From Candidatus Multivoradales bacterium (GTDB lineage Bacteria; Acidobacteriota; Thermoanaerobaculia; Multivoradales; JAHEKO01), in the NCBI GenBank assembly GCA_965223855.1, contig CBDCXM010000009.1, positions 384,001 to 448,000 on the forward strand: a DNA stretch of 64,000 nucleotides. The letters run 5' to 3'. Below the pieces are notes generated by a model that saw only the letters and a list, made by a program, of their open reading frames with translations, was not told where the DNA came from and made no database searches. Shown piece after piece: positions 1 through 8,910 of this stretch (position 1 is its first letter; each line of letters opens with the position of its first letter). A program made the position numbers and the translations under genes.

Positions 1-1
1 G

Positions 2-523
2 GTTTCCAACGACGGCGTGTTCTCCGTCCTGCACGACCCCGACATGCCGAAGTGGGAGATGCGTGCCGCCTTCACGGCAACCTTCGACGGCAACAGCGTG
101 CCGCTCGACTTCCGACTCGACGGCCGGTTTCTGAACCGGCCGCCGATGGCGTCGATGGGCGTCGCCGAGGCGGGCACGACGAGCTGGGAGCTCATCGGCG
201 AGGGATGTCCGGTCGCCCAGGAGGAGTCCAAGATCCCGCCGAACCGTCCGGAGGGGCTGGTGCTCGATCTGCGTTCCTTCTCCTACGACAACGACAGCCG
301 CGAAAGCGAGACCCGCTTTCAGGTGAAGTTCCCGCGTGGAGACATCAGCACCGAGCAGTGGGCCAAGTCGAGCGGCGGCAAGTACGAGTACCTGGGCGAG
401 GGCCGTCTCCTCGGACCGGTTCTCTTCGAGGCGGGCAAGGCCCATTCGCTGATGCTGACCGTCACCGATCGCACCGGGGCCAAGGCCCGACAGATCTGCC
501 AGTTCGAGGTTTCGCCGTCATGA
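2..523 (+). CDS. Hypothetical protein, 5'-truncated by the window edge
   Basis: Frame is open from position 2 with GC-typical codons. Its TGA overlaps the next ATG (ATGA 520-523). Confidence 0.7.
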   Translation, partial: VSNDGVFSVLHDPDMPKWEMRAAFTATFDGNSVPLDFRLDGRFLNRPPMASMGVAEAGTTSWELIGEGCPVAQEESKIPPNRPEGLVLDLRSFSYDNDSRESETRFQVKFPRGDISTEQWAKSSGGKYEYLGEGRLLGPVLFEAGKAHSLMLTVTDRTGAKARQICQFEVSPS

Positions 524-1848
524 GCTCACTCCTCTCCCGGATCCACCCTCGCTCCTTCGCGCTGCCGCTCCTTCTCCTCGTCGGCGCAGTCACGCCCGGC
601 TGCGGCTTCTTCATCGACGAGTTCATCCCGCGCGGCCCGTCGCTCGAGTGCACGGCTCAGGTCCGCAGCGCAGACGGCCATGTCGAGACGATCTCCAGCC
701 TCACCCACCCCGACTTCGTGGAGATCGTCACCAGTGGCGGTACCACCGAGACGGCACAGCTGCGCGAGTACTTCCTGTGTGAAGCCGGCAGTTGTCCCGC
801 TCCCGATGCCTGCCCCCGCTTCTCCTCGATCGCCAACGCGGAGGCGGACTGGGAGTCCTGGCTCGGCCTGCGGGTTCGTGGCCAGACCGCCGAGCCGACC
901 TCCGTGTTCGGCCAGTTCGAAGGCCCGTGGTGCCTCGTCCCGGACACGATCGTCTGCACGGAAGCGGCCTTCCAGGAAGGCTACGGCGATTGCGGGCTGC
1001 TCCCGTCCGTCGATCGGTTGCCGATCTGCCCGGACGCTCCGCCGCCACCGCCCGGCGATCCGTGCCTCGAGATCGCCTGCAGTGGTGGCGTACCCTGCAC
1101 CTCGGTCGACTTCGGTGACCTGCCGCTCGGCGGCACGGCGACCGAAACGGTGACCGTGAGCAACTGCGGCGCCACCGCCAGCCCCGATATCGCACTGGTG
1201 CTCGACGGCGAGATCCTGCCGGACCTCGCATTCGGACAGCGCGACTTCGCGGTCACCCGTAACGACTGCCTCCCCGACACCCCGGAAGAGATGCTGGCGG
1301 GCGAGGAGATCCTCACCAACCCGTTGGTCGACGCCGTCAACTCGCGCTGCGAGTTCGACGTCACCTTCGCACCCGAGAACCCGCGCGAGCACGGTGCCGA
1401 GATCGCCTTCCGCAGCGACCTCGACCCGCGCCACCAGATTGTCCTCAGGGGCAACGGCCTCGGCGGAAGCCTCATCTTCGAAGTGCCCGATCTGCCCGAC
1501 CCGCGGGCGATTCCGCCGGCGATCTGCGTCGATGCGGTCGTCGGGAGCTGCACGCGCAGCCGCATCGTCCGGATCACCAACACCGGCCCGGGTGCGGTCA
1601 CGATCACCGACGTCCGTCTCGACCGCGGGGCTCCGAACTGGCAGGTCGTCATGCCGACGGGCGCGGCCCTGCCGGTGACCCTCGGGCCGGCCGATCCCCC
1701 CTTCGACGTCACGGTGCGCTGGTGCACGAGCGCCCCGCCGGAAGAGCTGGACGGTCAGCTGGTCATCGACACGAACTCTCCCGACACCCCGACCTTCCTG
1801 CTCGGGCTCAACCGACAGGGCAGCGGTACCTGCCCGCCCGGAACCTGA
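520..1848 (+). CDS. Cys-rich putative lipoprotein with Ig-like (ASH/choice-of-anchor D-like) domains
   Basis: ATG at 520 is coupled to the upstream stop. Hydrophobic leader ends in VTPGC (lipobox-like). Motifs VDFGDLPLGGTATETVTVSNCG, CEFDVTFAP and VRITNTGPGAVTITDV are Ig-like. Confidence 0.65.
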   Translation: MSSLLSRIHPRSFALPLLLLVGAVTPGCGFFIDEFIPRGPSLECTAQVRSADGHVETISSLTHPDFVEIVTSGGTTETAQLREYFLCEAGSCPAPDACPRFSSIANAEADWESWLGLRVRGQTAEPTSVFGQFEGPWCLVPDTIVCTEAAFQEGYGDCGLLPSVDRLPICPDAPPPPPGDPCLEIACSGGVPCTSVDFGDLPLGGTATETVTVSNCGATASPDIALVLDGEILPDLAFGQRDFAVTRNDCLPDTPEEMLAGEEILTNPLVDAVNSRCEFDVTFAPENPREHGAEIAFRSDLDPRHQIVLRGNGLGGSLIFEVPDLPDPRAIPPAICVDAVVGSCTRSRIVRITNTGPGAVTITDVRLDRGAPNWQVVMPTGAALPVTLGPADPPFDVTVRWCTSAPPEELDGQLVIDTNSPDTPTFLLGLNRQGSGTCPPGT

Positions 1849-1906
1849 CGCCAGGAACCTGGTGCTCGACACCTGACGCTCGGAGCCTGGCGTCGGTATC
1901 CGGGGC

Positions 1907-2317
1907 TCAGCCCAACGCTTCGAGCTGCCGGCGCAGGTCGTCCGGCAGCGGCTTCTTTTCGCCCGTCCGGTAGTCGATCAGCACGACGACTCCCTTACCC
2001 CGGGCGACCGGCTTGTCGGGGGTCGAGGCTCGCGCCGCCCGGTAGTCCATGCCGAAGCTGGTAGTGCCGAGTCTCGAGATCCGCGTGCCGACGACGATCT
2101 CCTCCGGATAATGAACCGCCTCGAGGAAATCGCAGCTCGTGTGGGCGAGGATCGGGCCCGTCTCCGGGGTGCCGTCGGTCGCGAGGCCGAGCTGCCGGAA
2201 GCACTCGATCCTGGCGGTCTCGAACCAGGTGAAGTAGCGCGCGTTGTTCACGTGACCGAGCGCGTCGAGCTCGGACCAGTGCAGGCGGAAGGTGACGGTG
2301 ACCGGAAAGCCGTCCAT
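1907..2317 (-). CDS. Acyl-CoA thioesterase (4HBT/YbgC hot-dog family)
   Basis: ELDALGHVNNARYFTWFETAR signature. Confidence 0.9.
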   Translation of the reverse strand: MDGFPVTVTFRLHWSELDALGHVNNARYFTWFETARIECFRQLGLATDGTPETGPILAHTSCDFLEAVHYPEEIVVGTRISRLGTTSFGMDYRAARASTPDKPVARGKGVVVLIDYRTGEKKPLPDDLRRQLEALG

Positions 2318-2387
2318 CCCGGCATCCTAGCCCGTTCTTCTCAGACGGCAGCGGCCTGATTTCGCCGGTGACGGGCGGCCAACCGGG

Positions 2388-2822
2388 CTACTGCGGCTCG
2401 AGAGGAACGGACTGCCGGTTCCGGCGGCCGCCGCTCTCCCACAGATAGCTGACCATCGCCGGCCTGCCCTGCCATTCGAGCACTGCGACGCGCAGGTCGC
2501 AGCGCCTGACCCTGCGGTCCCGGGTCAGCACCCTCACGGCCAGGGTCGCTTCCGGATCGGGATCGCAGACCAGTCCCGCCAGCCGCCGGGCGAGGACCTG
2601 CCGGCGGTCGTCCGGGTGCACCAGCTCGCCGAAGCTCATCCGCGCCAGCTCGCGCGGTCGGTAGCCCAGATGCTTCGAGACCGCCGGATTGGAGTACCTC
2701 AGAAGGCCGTCCTGCGCCACCAGGATCATCTCGCCGGCATGGTCGGCCACCTGGCGGAACGCGTCGCCCCCTGTGAGCCGGGCTCGGTCGGGGGTCGCTG
2801 TGGCGGCGATCGGAATCGTCAT
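2388..2822 (-). CDS. Stand-alone PAS-domain protein
   Basis: ATG at 2822 with an upstream GGAGGAAGAGGGAG RBS. FRQVADHAGEMILV...YSNPAVSKHLGY...LVHPDDR is a PAS S-box pattern. Confidence 0.75.
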   Translation of the reverse strand: MTIPIAATATPDRARLTGGDAFRQVADHAGEMILVAQDGLLRYSNPAVSKHLGYRPRELARMSFGELVHPDDRRQVLARRLAGLVCDPDPEATLAVRVLTRDRRVRRCDLRVAVLEWQGRPAMVSYLWESGGRRNRQSVPLEPQ

Positions 2823-3054
2823 CTCCCTCTTCCTCCTCGACACTGCTTCTCGCAAGGTCCATACCGACTCAGGCCGGGCTCGCAACTCCCTGACGGGGAG
2901 GCACTTACAGCATCCCGCAACCGTGGCGGCGATCCTCGAGCCTCCCGGCGACCGGGGAGTTCTTCCCCGGTCGAACGGCGCCGGCGCGACCTCGACACCT
3001 GCGACCACAGTGAGCCCCAGCCGGTAAGATCGCCCGGCAGCCCCCTGAGATCCC

Positions 3055-3948
3055 ATGGAACCCGACGCAGCGATCGAAAAGGTCAAGAGCGCACTCGACG
3101 TGCCGCTGTTCTCGATCGCCGGCACCGAGATCACGGCGGCGACCCTGACGGCGTTCTTCCTCATCGTCGTCGCTTCCTTCGTCATCTCGAAGTTGCTGCG
3201 CAAGGGCGTCGAGCGCTTCCTGACGGCGCGCGAGGTCGAAGACCATGGAACCCGTGCGGTCATCTCGCGGCTGCTGCACTACGTGATCGTCTTCGTCGGC
3301 GTCGGCACGGCCCTTCACACGATCGGCATCAACCTGAGCGCTCTCTTCGCCGCCGGGGCACTCTTTGCCGTGGCGATCGGTTTCGCGATGCAGAACGTCA
3401 CCGCGAACTTCGTCTCCGGCGTCATCCTGCTCGTCGAGCGGTCGATCAAGCCGGGAGACGTGATCGAGGTCAACGGCGCCATGGTGCGGGTGCGCGACAT
3501 GGGCATCCGCGCCACGATCGTGCGCACGCTCGACGACGAGGACGTGGTGATCCCCAATTCGGTGCTGGTCCAGGGTGAGGTCAAGAACTTCACCTTTCGC
3601 GACGACCTCTACCGGTTGCGGGTCGAGGTCGGCGTCGCCTACGAATCGGATCTGCACCGGGTGCGGGACGTGCTCGAGGCGTGCACACGCAGCCTCGATT
3701 GGCGCAGCGATCAGAGGGACCCGGTCGTCCTGCTGACCCTCTTCGGCAGCTCCTCCGTCGACTACGAGATCTCGGTGTGGACCGAGAACCCCTGGAAGAG
3801 CCGCTCCGACCGCTCGCGCCTGCGAGAAGCGATCTGGTGGGCGTTCCAGGAAGCGGGCATCACGATCGCCTTCCCGCAGCTCGACGTTCACTTCGACGAC
3901 CGGGAGGGGAAGAGGCCGGACTTGAGAAAGGTGCAGGCCTCGGAGTGA
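3055..3948 (+). CDS. mscS: Small-conductance mechanosensitive channel (MscS family)
   Basis: IGFAMQNVTANFVSGVILLVERSIKPGDVI, VIPNS and GITIAFPQLDVH motifs; three N-terminal TM segments. Confidence 0.92.
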   Translation: MEPDAAIEKVKSALDVPLFSIAGTEITAATLTAFFLIVVASFVISKLLRKGVERFLTAREVEDHGTRAVISRLLHYVIVFVGVGTALHTIGINLSALFAAGALFAVAIGFAMQNVTANFVSGVILLVERSIKPGDVIEVNGAMVRVRDMGIRATIVRTLDDEDVVIPNSVLVQGEVKNFTFRDDLYRLRVEVGVAYESDLHRVRDVLEACTRSLDWRSDQRDPVVLLTLFGSSSVDYEISVWTENPWKSRSDRSRLREAIWWAFQEAGITIAFPQLDVHFDDREGKRPDLRKVQASE

Positions 3949-5012
3949 ACCGCCGGCGCCGCAGGCGAAAGTCCGCCCCGGGCTCCCAGCCAGGGCACAT
4001 CGCACTCGAGCCGGACGCAGGCGAGGTTTCGATGAGCCTCATCGGTTACCGCGGCGAGCGAATCGCCGAAGTCGAGACCGTGGATCTCGCCGATGTCCGC
4101 GACTACCTCGACCGCTTCGACGTCACCTGGGTCAACGTCGATGGCCTCGGCGACGGCCGGCTCCTGCACGAGCTGGCGGAGCTCTTCGGCATGCACGCCC
4201 TGGCGCTCGAAGACGTCGTGCACGTAGGCCAGCGGCCAAAGGTCGAGATCTACGAAGAGGATCTCTTCATCGTCGCCCAGATGGTCTCGCTCGATGATCG
4301 TTCCACCGCCTCCGAGCAGATCAGTCTCTACCTCACCGACCGCTGCGTCATCACCTTCCAGGAGCGGCCCGGGGACTGTCTCGAGCCCGTACGGCAGCGA
4401 TTGCGAGCCGGCCATCGACGGCGGCTGCGGGAGCGGGGCCCCGACTACCTCGCCTACGCCATTCTCGACGCGGTCATCGACCACTACTTCCCGACCCTCG
4501 AGGAGTTCCAGGACCGGCTGGAAGCGTTCGAGGAGCGCCTGCGCGAAGGGGTCGAGGATCCGCACGACGAGATCCGAGGCACCCGACGCGACCTGCAGAC
4601 GCTGCGCCAGGCGATCCAGCCGACCCGCGACGCGACCCGCCTGCTGGCGGCGACCGAGCTGCCGCGAATCACCGCCGAGACTCAGACCTTCCTGCGCGAT
4701 TGCCACGACCACGTGCTCGAGGCGGTCGAGCAGCTCGAATCGTGCCGCGAGATCGCCTCCGGGCTGATGGACCTCCACCTCGCCGCAGAGAGCCATCGGG
4801 CCAACGAGACCATGAAGGTGCTCACGCTGGTGGCGACGATCTTCATGCCGTTGTCGTTTCTTGCCGGCGTCTACGGCATGAACTTCGACTCGTCGCTGCC
4901 GGGCAACATGCCCGAGCTGTCGATCCCTTACGGCTACGTCGGCCTGCTCGGCATCATGCTGGTGCTCGCAGTCCTGATGCTGATCTTCTTTCGCAGGAAC
5001 CGCTGGCTGTGA
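3945..5012 (+). CDS. corA: Magnesium/cobalt transporter CorA
   Basis: GTGA overlap with the mscS stop. LALEDVVHVGQRPK, NETMKVLT and YGMNF (GMN signature); two C-terminal TMs. Confidence 0.93.
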   Translation: MNRRRRRRKSAPGSQPGHIALEPDAGEVSMSLIGYRGERIAEVETVDLADVRDYLDRFDVTWVNVDGLGDGRLLHELAELFGMHALALEDVVHVGQRPKVEIYEEDLFIVAQMVSLDDRSTASEQISLYLTDRCVITFQERPGDCLEPVRQRLRAGHRRRLRERGPDYLAYAILDAVIDHYFPTLEEFQDRLEAFEERLREGVEDPHDEIRGTRRDLQTLRQAIQPTRDATRLLAATELPRITAETQTFLRDCHDHVLEAVEQLESCREIASGLMDLHLAAESHRANETMKVLTLVATIFMPLSFLAGVYGMNFDSSLPGNMPELSIPYGYVGLLGIMLVLAVLMLIFFRRNRWL

Positions 5013-5136
5013 CCGCTCCCCGCGGGAACCAGCCGAGCCTGTGCGGAGTCGAAGCCGACGCAGTTGTGCCGAGCGACCTGAGACCGCTTCCAACGACACC
5101 GAACCCGAATCCCGAGCCAACCCTGGAGACCGACCG

Positions 5137-6477
5137 ATGATCCGCAACCTCTCCCGCACGCTCCTCAGCCTCGCAGTTTTCGCCCTCACGGCCGTCCATG
5201 CAGGAGCCGACGACTGGCCGCAGTGGCGCGGCGCCGACCGCGACGGCAAGTCGGCCGAGACCGGGCTTCTCCAGAGCTGGCCGGAGGGCGGCCCGCCGCT
5301 CGCCTGGACGGCGGAAGGGCTCGGAAGCGGCTTCTCGAGCCTCTCGGTCGCCGACGGTCGCATCTATACGCTGGGCGACCTCGAGGACTCGCAGTACGCG
5401 ATCGCCCTGAGCGAAGAGACGGGCGAGATTCTCTGGAAGACCGCCATCGGCCCGTCGTGGGAGGACCGATTCCTCGGGCCCCGCTCGACGCCGACCATCG
5501 ACGGCGACCACGTCTACATCATGAGCACCGAGGGCGACGTGATCTGCCTCGAGGCCGCGACCGGCACCGAGAAATGGCGCCGCAGCCTGCCGAACGACTT
5601 CGAGAGCAACATGATGCAGGCGATGGGGTCGACCGACTGGAAATACTCGGAGTCGCCGCTGGTCGACGGCGACCGGGTGATCGTCACCCCGGGGGTCACG
5701 CCGGCAGCGCTGGTCGCGCTCGACAAGGCCACCGGAGAGACGATCTGGCAGGCGCCGATCGGCCGCATCGGCTCGGCGGGCGCGCACGGCGCCGGCTACT
5801 CGTCGGTGGTGGTCTCGCACGGCGCCGGCGTCAAGCAGTACGTGCAGCTCATCGGCCGCGGAGTGATCGGCATCGAAGCCGAGAGCGGGCGCCATCTGTG
5901 GGGATACAACAGGGTGGCCAACGACATCGCGAACATCCCGACTCCGATCGTCGACGGCGACCATGTGTTCGCGACCACCGGCTACGGCACCGGCGCGGCG
6001 CTGATCCGAATCGTCCCGGCCGAGGAAGGGAGCGAGGACGCCGAGGAGGGAAAGCTCGCCGCCGAGGAGGTCTACTTCCTCGAAGCCGACACCTTCCAGA
6101 ACCATCACGGCGGCGTCATTCTCCACGATGGCTATCTGTACGCGGGCACCGGCCACAATCGGGGGTTCCCGGTGGCGGTCAAGCTGGACGACGGATCGGT
6201 GGCCTGGGGGCCGGAGCGCAACGACGGCAGCGGCTCGGCTGCGGTGGCCTACGCGGACGGGCGGCTCTATTTCCGCTACCAGAACGGGGTGGTGGTGCTG
6301 ATCGAGGCGACGCCGGACGAGTATCGGGAGCACGGCTCGTTCGAGATTCCCGAGGTCGAGCACCCGAGCTGGCCGCATCCGGTGATCTCGGACGGCAAGC
6401 TCTATCTGCGCGAGCAGGACAAGTTGTATGTCTACGACGTGCGGGCGCCGGTGACGGAGGCGGCGGGAGCCTTCTGA
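5137..6477 (+). CDS. Secreted PQQ-like beta-propeller repeat protein
   Basis: ATG at 5137, signal peptide ending AVHAGA, DWPQWRG start, repeated LDxxTGxxxW blades, C-terminal WPHPVISDGKLYLR. Confidence 0.88.
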   Translation: MIRNLSRTLLSLAVFALTAVHAGADDWPQWRGADRDGKSAETGLLQSWPEGGPPLAWTAEGLGSGFSSLSVADGRIYTLGDLEDSQYAIALSEETGEILWKTAIGPSWEDRFLGPRSTPTIDGDHVYIMSTEGDVICLEAATGTEKWRRSLPNDFESNMMQAMGSTDWKYSESPLVDGDRVIVTPGVTPAALVALDKATGETIWQAPIGRIGSAGAHGAGYSSVVVSHGAGVKQYVQLIGRGVIGIEAESGRHLWGYNRVANDIANIPTPIVDGDHVFATTGYGTGAALIRIVPAEEGSEDAEEGKLAAEEVYFLEADTFQNHHGGVILHDGYLYAGTGHNRGFPVAVKLDDGSVAWGPERNDGSGSAAVAYADGRLYFRYQNGVVVLIEATPDEYREHGSFEIPEVEHPSWPHPVISDGKLYLREQDKLYVYDVRAPVTEAAGAF

Positions 6478-6559
6478 GGCTAGTCACCTGGGGCCGGGCG
6501 GGCCTTCGATGAGGAGAGGAACTCGGGTATTTCGAGCGGGGCCTTGCGCCGCTAGAGCC

Positions 6560-6730
6560 GGTCTCTGAGGAGCGTGGAAGCCGCGCCCGAGGGGGACGGC
6601 GCGCGTCAGGGGTGGGAGAACCCTCGACGCGCGCTCGCTCGCCTGCGCCGGGTACCCGCTCGATAGAAGGACGGCTTTCGGGGCTTGGCGAGAGCCCCCT
6701 CGGGCCCGGCTTCCACGCTCCTCAGAGACC
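6560..6730. repeat. 171-bp element with 36-bp terminal inverted repeats (MITE-like or structured repeat)
   Basis: 6560-6595 GGTCTCTGAGGAGCGTGGAAGCCGCGCCCGAGGGGG matches the reverse complement of 6695-6730 at 35/36. Internal hairpin GCGCGCGTC...GACGCGCGC. Lies between convergent genes. Confidence 0.75.
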
Positions 6731-6773
6731 TACCGCCCTTGTTCTTGCGGACCTCCCTTCGGCCCTAGGCCTG

Positions 6774-8090
6774 TCAGGGGGCGGCTTCGGCAACCGTATC
6801 CGCCTCCTCAGCAAGACAATAGAGAGAAGAGGATCCTCGGAGGTAGAGCTCGCTTCCCGCGAGGGCGGGCGAAGCGGCGAAGTCCTCGTCAAGCTGGTTC
6901 TCGGCCAGTACTTCGAACTCGGGGCCGGTGCCGAGGACGACGGTCGTGCCGCCGCGGCCGACGATGTAGATGCGGCCGTCGGCGGCCACGAGGGAGGAGT
7001 AGACGCCGTCGATCCCCGGCAGGCGGACGGGGCCGAAGCGCTTCTCGCCGGTCTTCGCGTCGAGGCTCGTGAGGATGCCGGTGTTGACCTTGAGGAAGTA
7101 GAGCTGGTCGCCGTAGAGGACGGGTGACGGGACATAGGGAGTGTCTTCGTCGTACGACCAGGCGAACTCGTCTTCGGTGCCGGCGGCCTCGGGCCGGATC
7201 GCCTTGAAGGCGGCGCCGCGGAAGCCGCTGGTGGCGTAGACGAGGCCGTTTGCGTAGATCGGCGACGGCACGACGTTGACGGTCTGGCCGCCGACCGCCC
7301 AGCGCTCTTCGCCGGTCGCGAGGTCGTAGCCGCGCACGGCGCCGGTGGCGCTGACGACCACCTCGGTCACGCCGTCGCGCTCGATGACGATCGGGGTCGA
7401 CCACGAGGTGACCTCTTCGCGTTCGTGGCGCCAGCGCTCCTCGCCGCTGGTCTTGTCGAAGACGACGAGGAAGGAGTCGCCCTCGTGATCCCAGTTGAGG
7501 ACGAGCGCGTCGCCCGCGAGCACCGGCGACGAGCCTTCGCCGAAGCCGCGGCGGGTGGCCATGTCACCCAGGTCCTTCGACCACAGAAGGTCGCCCTCGA
7601 GGTCGTAGACGTAGGTGCCCAGCGAGCCGAAGTGGGCGACGAGGACCTCGCCGTCGGTGACCGGCGAAGCCGACGCCCAGGAGGCGTCGGTGTGGGTCCC
7701 CTCGTGCGGTTCTTTCTCGATCGGGACGTGCTCCCACGTCTTCTCGCCGGTCGCCCGGTCATAGGCGAGGACGGTCATCCGCAGCGGGCCGTCGGGAGCG
7801 ACGCCGCGCTGGCCTTCCTGCGGCCCGCTCGGAGCCCGGGTCGGCACCGCGGTGACGACGTAGACGCGCTCGCCCCAGACGATCGGCGAGCCGTGGCCGT
7901 AGCCGGGGATATCGGCCTTCCATCGCACGTTCCTCTCCTCCGACCACTCGAGCGGCGGCTCGGCGTCGGGAGCGGCGCCGCTGGCGAGCGGGCCGCGCCA
8001 CTGCGGCCAGGCGGCCTCTCCGGCTGCGGCGAACGTCGCCGGCGTGAGCGCCAACGCGAGAAGAGCTGCAGTGACTCTGTTCGGTGCCAT
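6774..8090 (-). CDS. Secreted PQQ-like beta-propeller repeat protein
   Basis: ATG at 8090, signal peptide, WPQWRGP, SPIVWGERVYV, YDLATGEERW, ASPALAGSELYLRG. Confidence 0.88.
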   Translation of the reverse strand: MAPNRVTAALLALALTPATFAAAGEAAWPQWRGPLASGAAPDAEPPLEWSEERNVRWKADIPGYGHGSPIVWGERVYVVTAVPTRAPSGPQEGQRGVAPDGPLRMTVLAYDRATGEKTWEHVPIEKEPHEGTHTDASWASASPVTDGEVLVAHFGSLGTYVYDLEGDLLWSKDLGDMATRRGFGEGSSPVLAGDALVLNWDHEGDSFLVVFDKTSGEERWRHEREEVTSWSTPIVIERDGVTEVVVSATGAVRGYDLATGEERWAVGGQTVNVVPSPIYANGLVYATSGFRGAAFKAIRPEAAGTEDEFAWSYDEDTPYVPSPVLYGDQLYFLKVNTGILTSLDAKTGEKRFGPVRLPGIDGVYSSLVAADGRIYIVGRGGTTVVLGTGPEFEVLAENQLDEDFAASPALAGSELYLRGSSSLYCLAEEADTVAEAAP

Positions 8091-8235
8091 CGGGAAGACC
8101 TCCACATGGTGAGTGAATCGGACGGCGATCGTACCGTGCCGATTCGTCGTGGCTGCGGCACGGGTACACTGCACCTCCCATTCCGGGCGCGGTCTGCGGA
8201 ACCGACTGCGCTCCTGCGGGAGAGGAGACGAATCG

Positions 8236-8787
8236 ATGGCAACTGCTCAGAGTTCCGGCCTCGCGTGGCTGGTCTTCGTGTTCATGACCGTGGCGTCTTG
8301 GGGCGTCTACGGGATCTTCCTTCACAACGGCCAGACGGCGATGGGCGACCCGGTCAACGGGCGCTACAAGGCGTTCCTCTTCGTCGGCGTCGCCTACTTC
8401 CTGACCGCGGTGCTGGCGCCGCTCGTGCTACTGAAGCTCCGCGGCGCCGAGTGGGCGATGCCCGCCTCAGGCATCACCTGGTCTCTGGTGGCGGGGATCG
8501 TCGGCGCCGCCGGGGCGTTCGGCGTGCTGCTCGCCTTCGGCGCCGGCGGCACCCCTGCTTCGGTGATGTCGCTCGTCTTCGCCGGAGCGCCGGTCGTCAA
8601 CGCGATCGTCGCTCTGACCTGGCATCCGCCGGCCGGAGGCATCGGCTCGATCCGCTGGCCGTTCTTTGCAGGCATCGTGCTCGCCGCGCTCGGGGGCTAC
8701 CTCGTGACGGTGTTCAAACCGGCACCGGGACCGGCTCCCGGCTCCCCACCGAAAGCGCCGACCGAGGTCGCCTCGCAGCAGAAATAG
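8236..8787 (+). CDS. Small multi-pass membrane protein (EamA/DMT-like)
   Basis: ATG at 8236 after an AGGAGA RBS. About 5 hydrophobic helices; SWGVYG and VMSLVFAGAPVVNAIV motifs. Confidence 0.75.
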   Translation: MATAQSSGLAWLVFVFMTVASWGVYGIFLHNGQTAMGDPVNGRYKAFLFVGVAYFLTAVLAPLVLLKLRGAEWAMPASGITWSLVAGIVGAAGAFGVLLAFGAGGTPASVMSLVFAGAPVVNAIVALTWHPPAGGIGSIRWPFFAGIVLAALGGYLVTVFKPAPGPAPGSPPKAPTEVASQQK

Positions 8788-8824
8788 CCGGCGGTCGATG
8801 CCGGTCCGCATGCGGCGAGCCGCC

Positions 8825-8833
8825 TGCTAGAAT
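8825..8833 (+). promoter_or_regulatory. Extended -10 promoter element
   Basis: TGCTAGAAT (TGn-TAnnAT) about 80 nt upstream of the 8911 operon start. Confidence 0.5.
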
Positions 8834-8910
8834 CGGGCAGGTCGCTTTCCCCGGAAGACGCATCCGCGCCCTCCGAATCCACACCTCCAAGAGCCCACAA
8901 GGAGTCGCAC

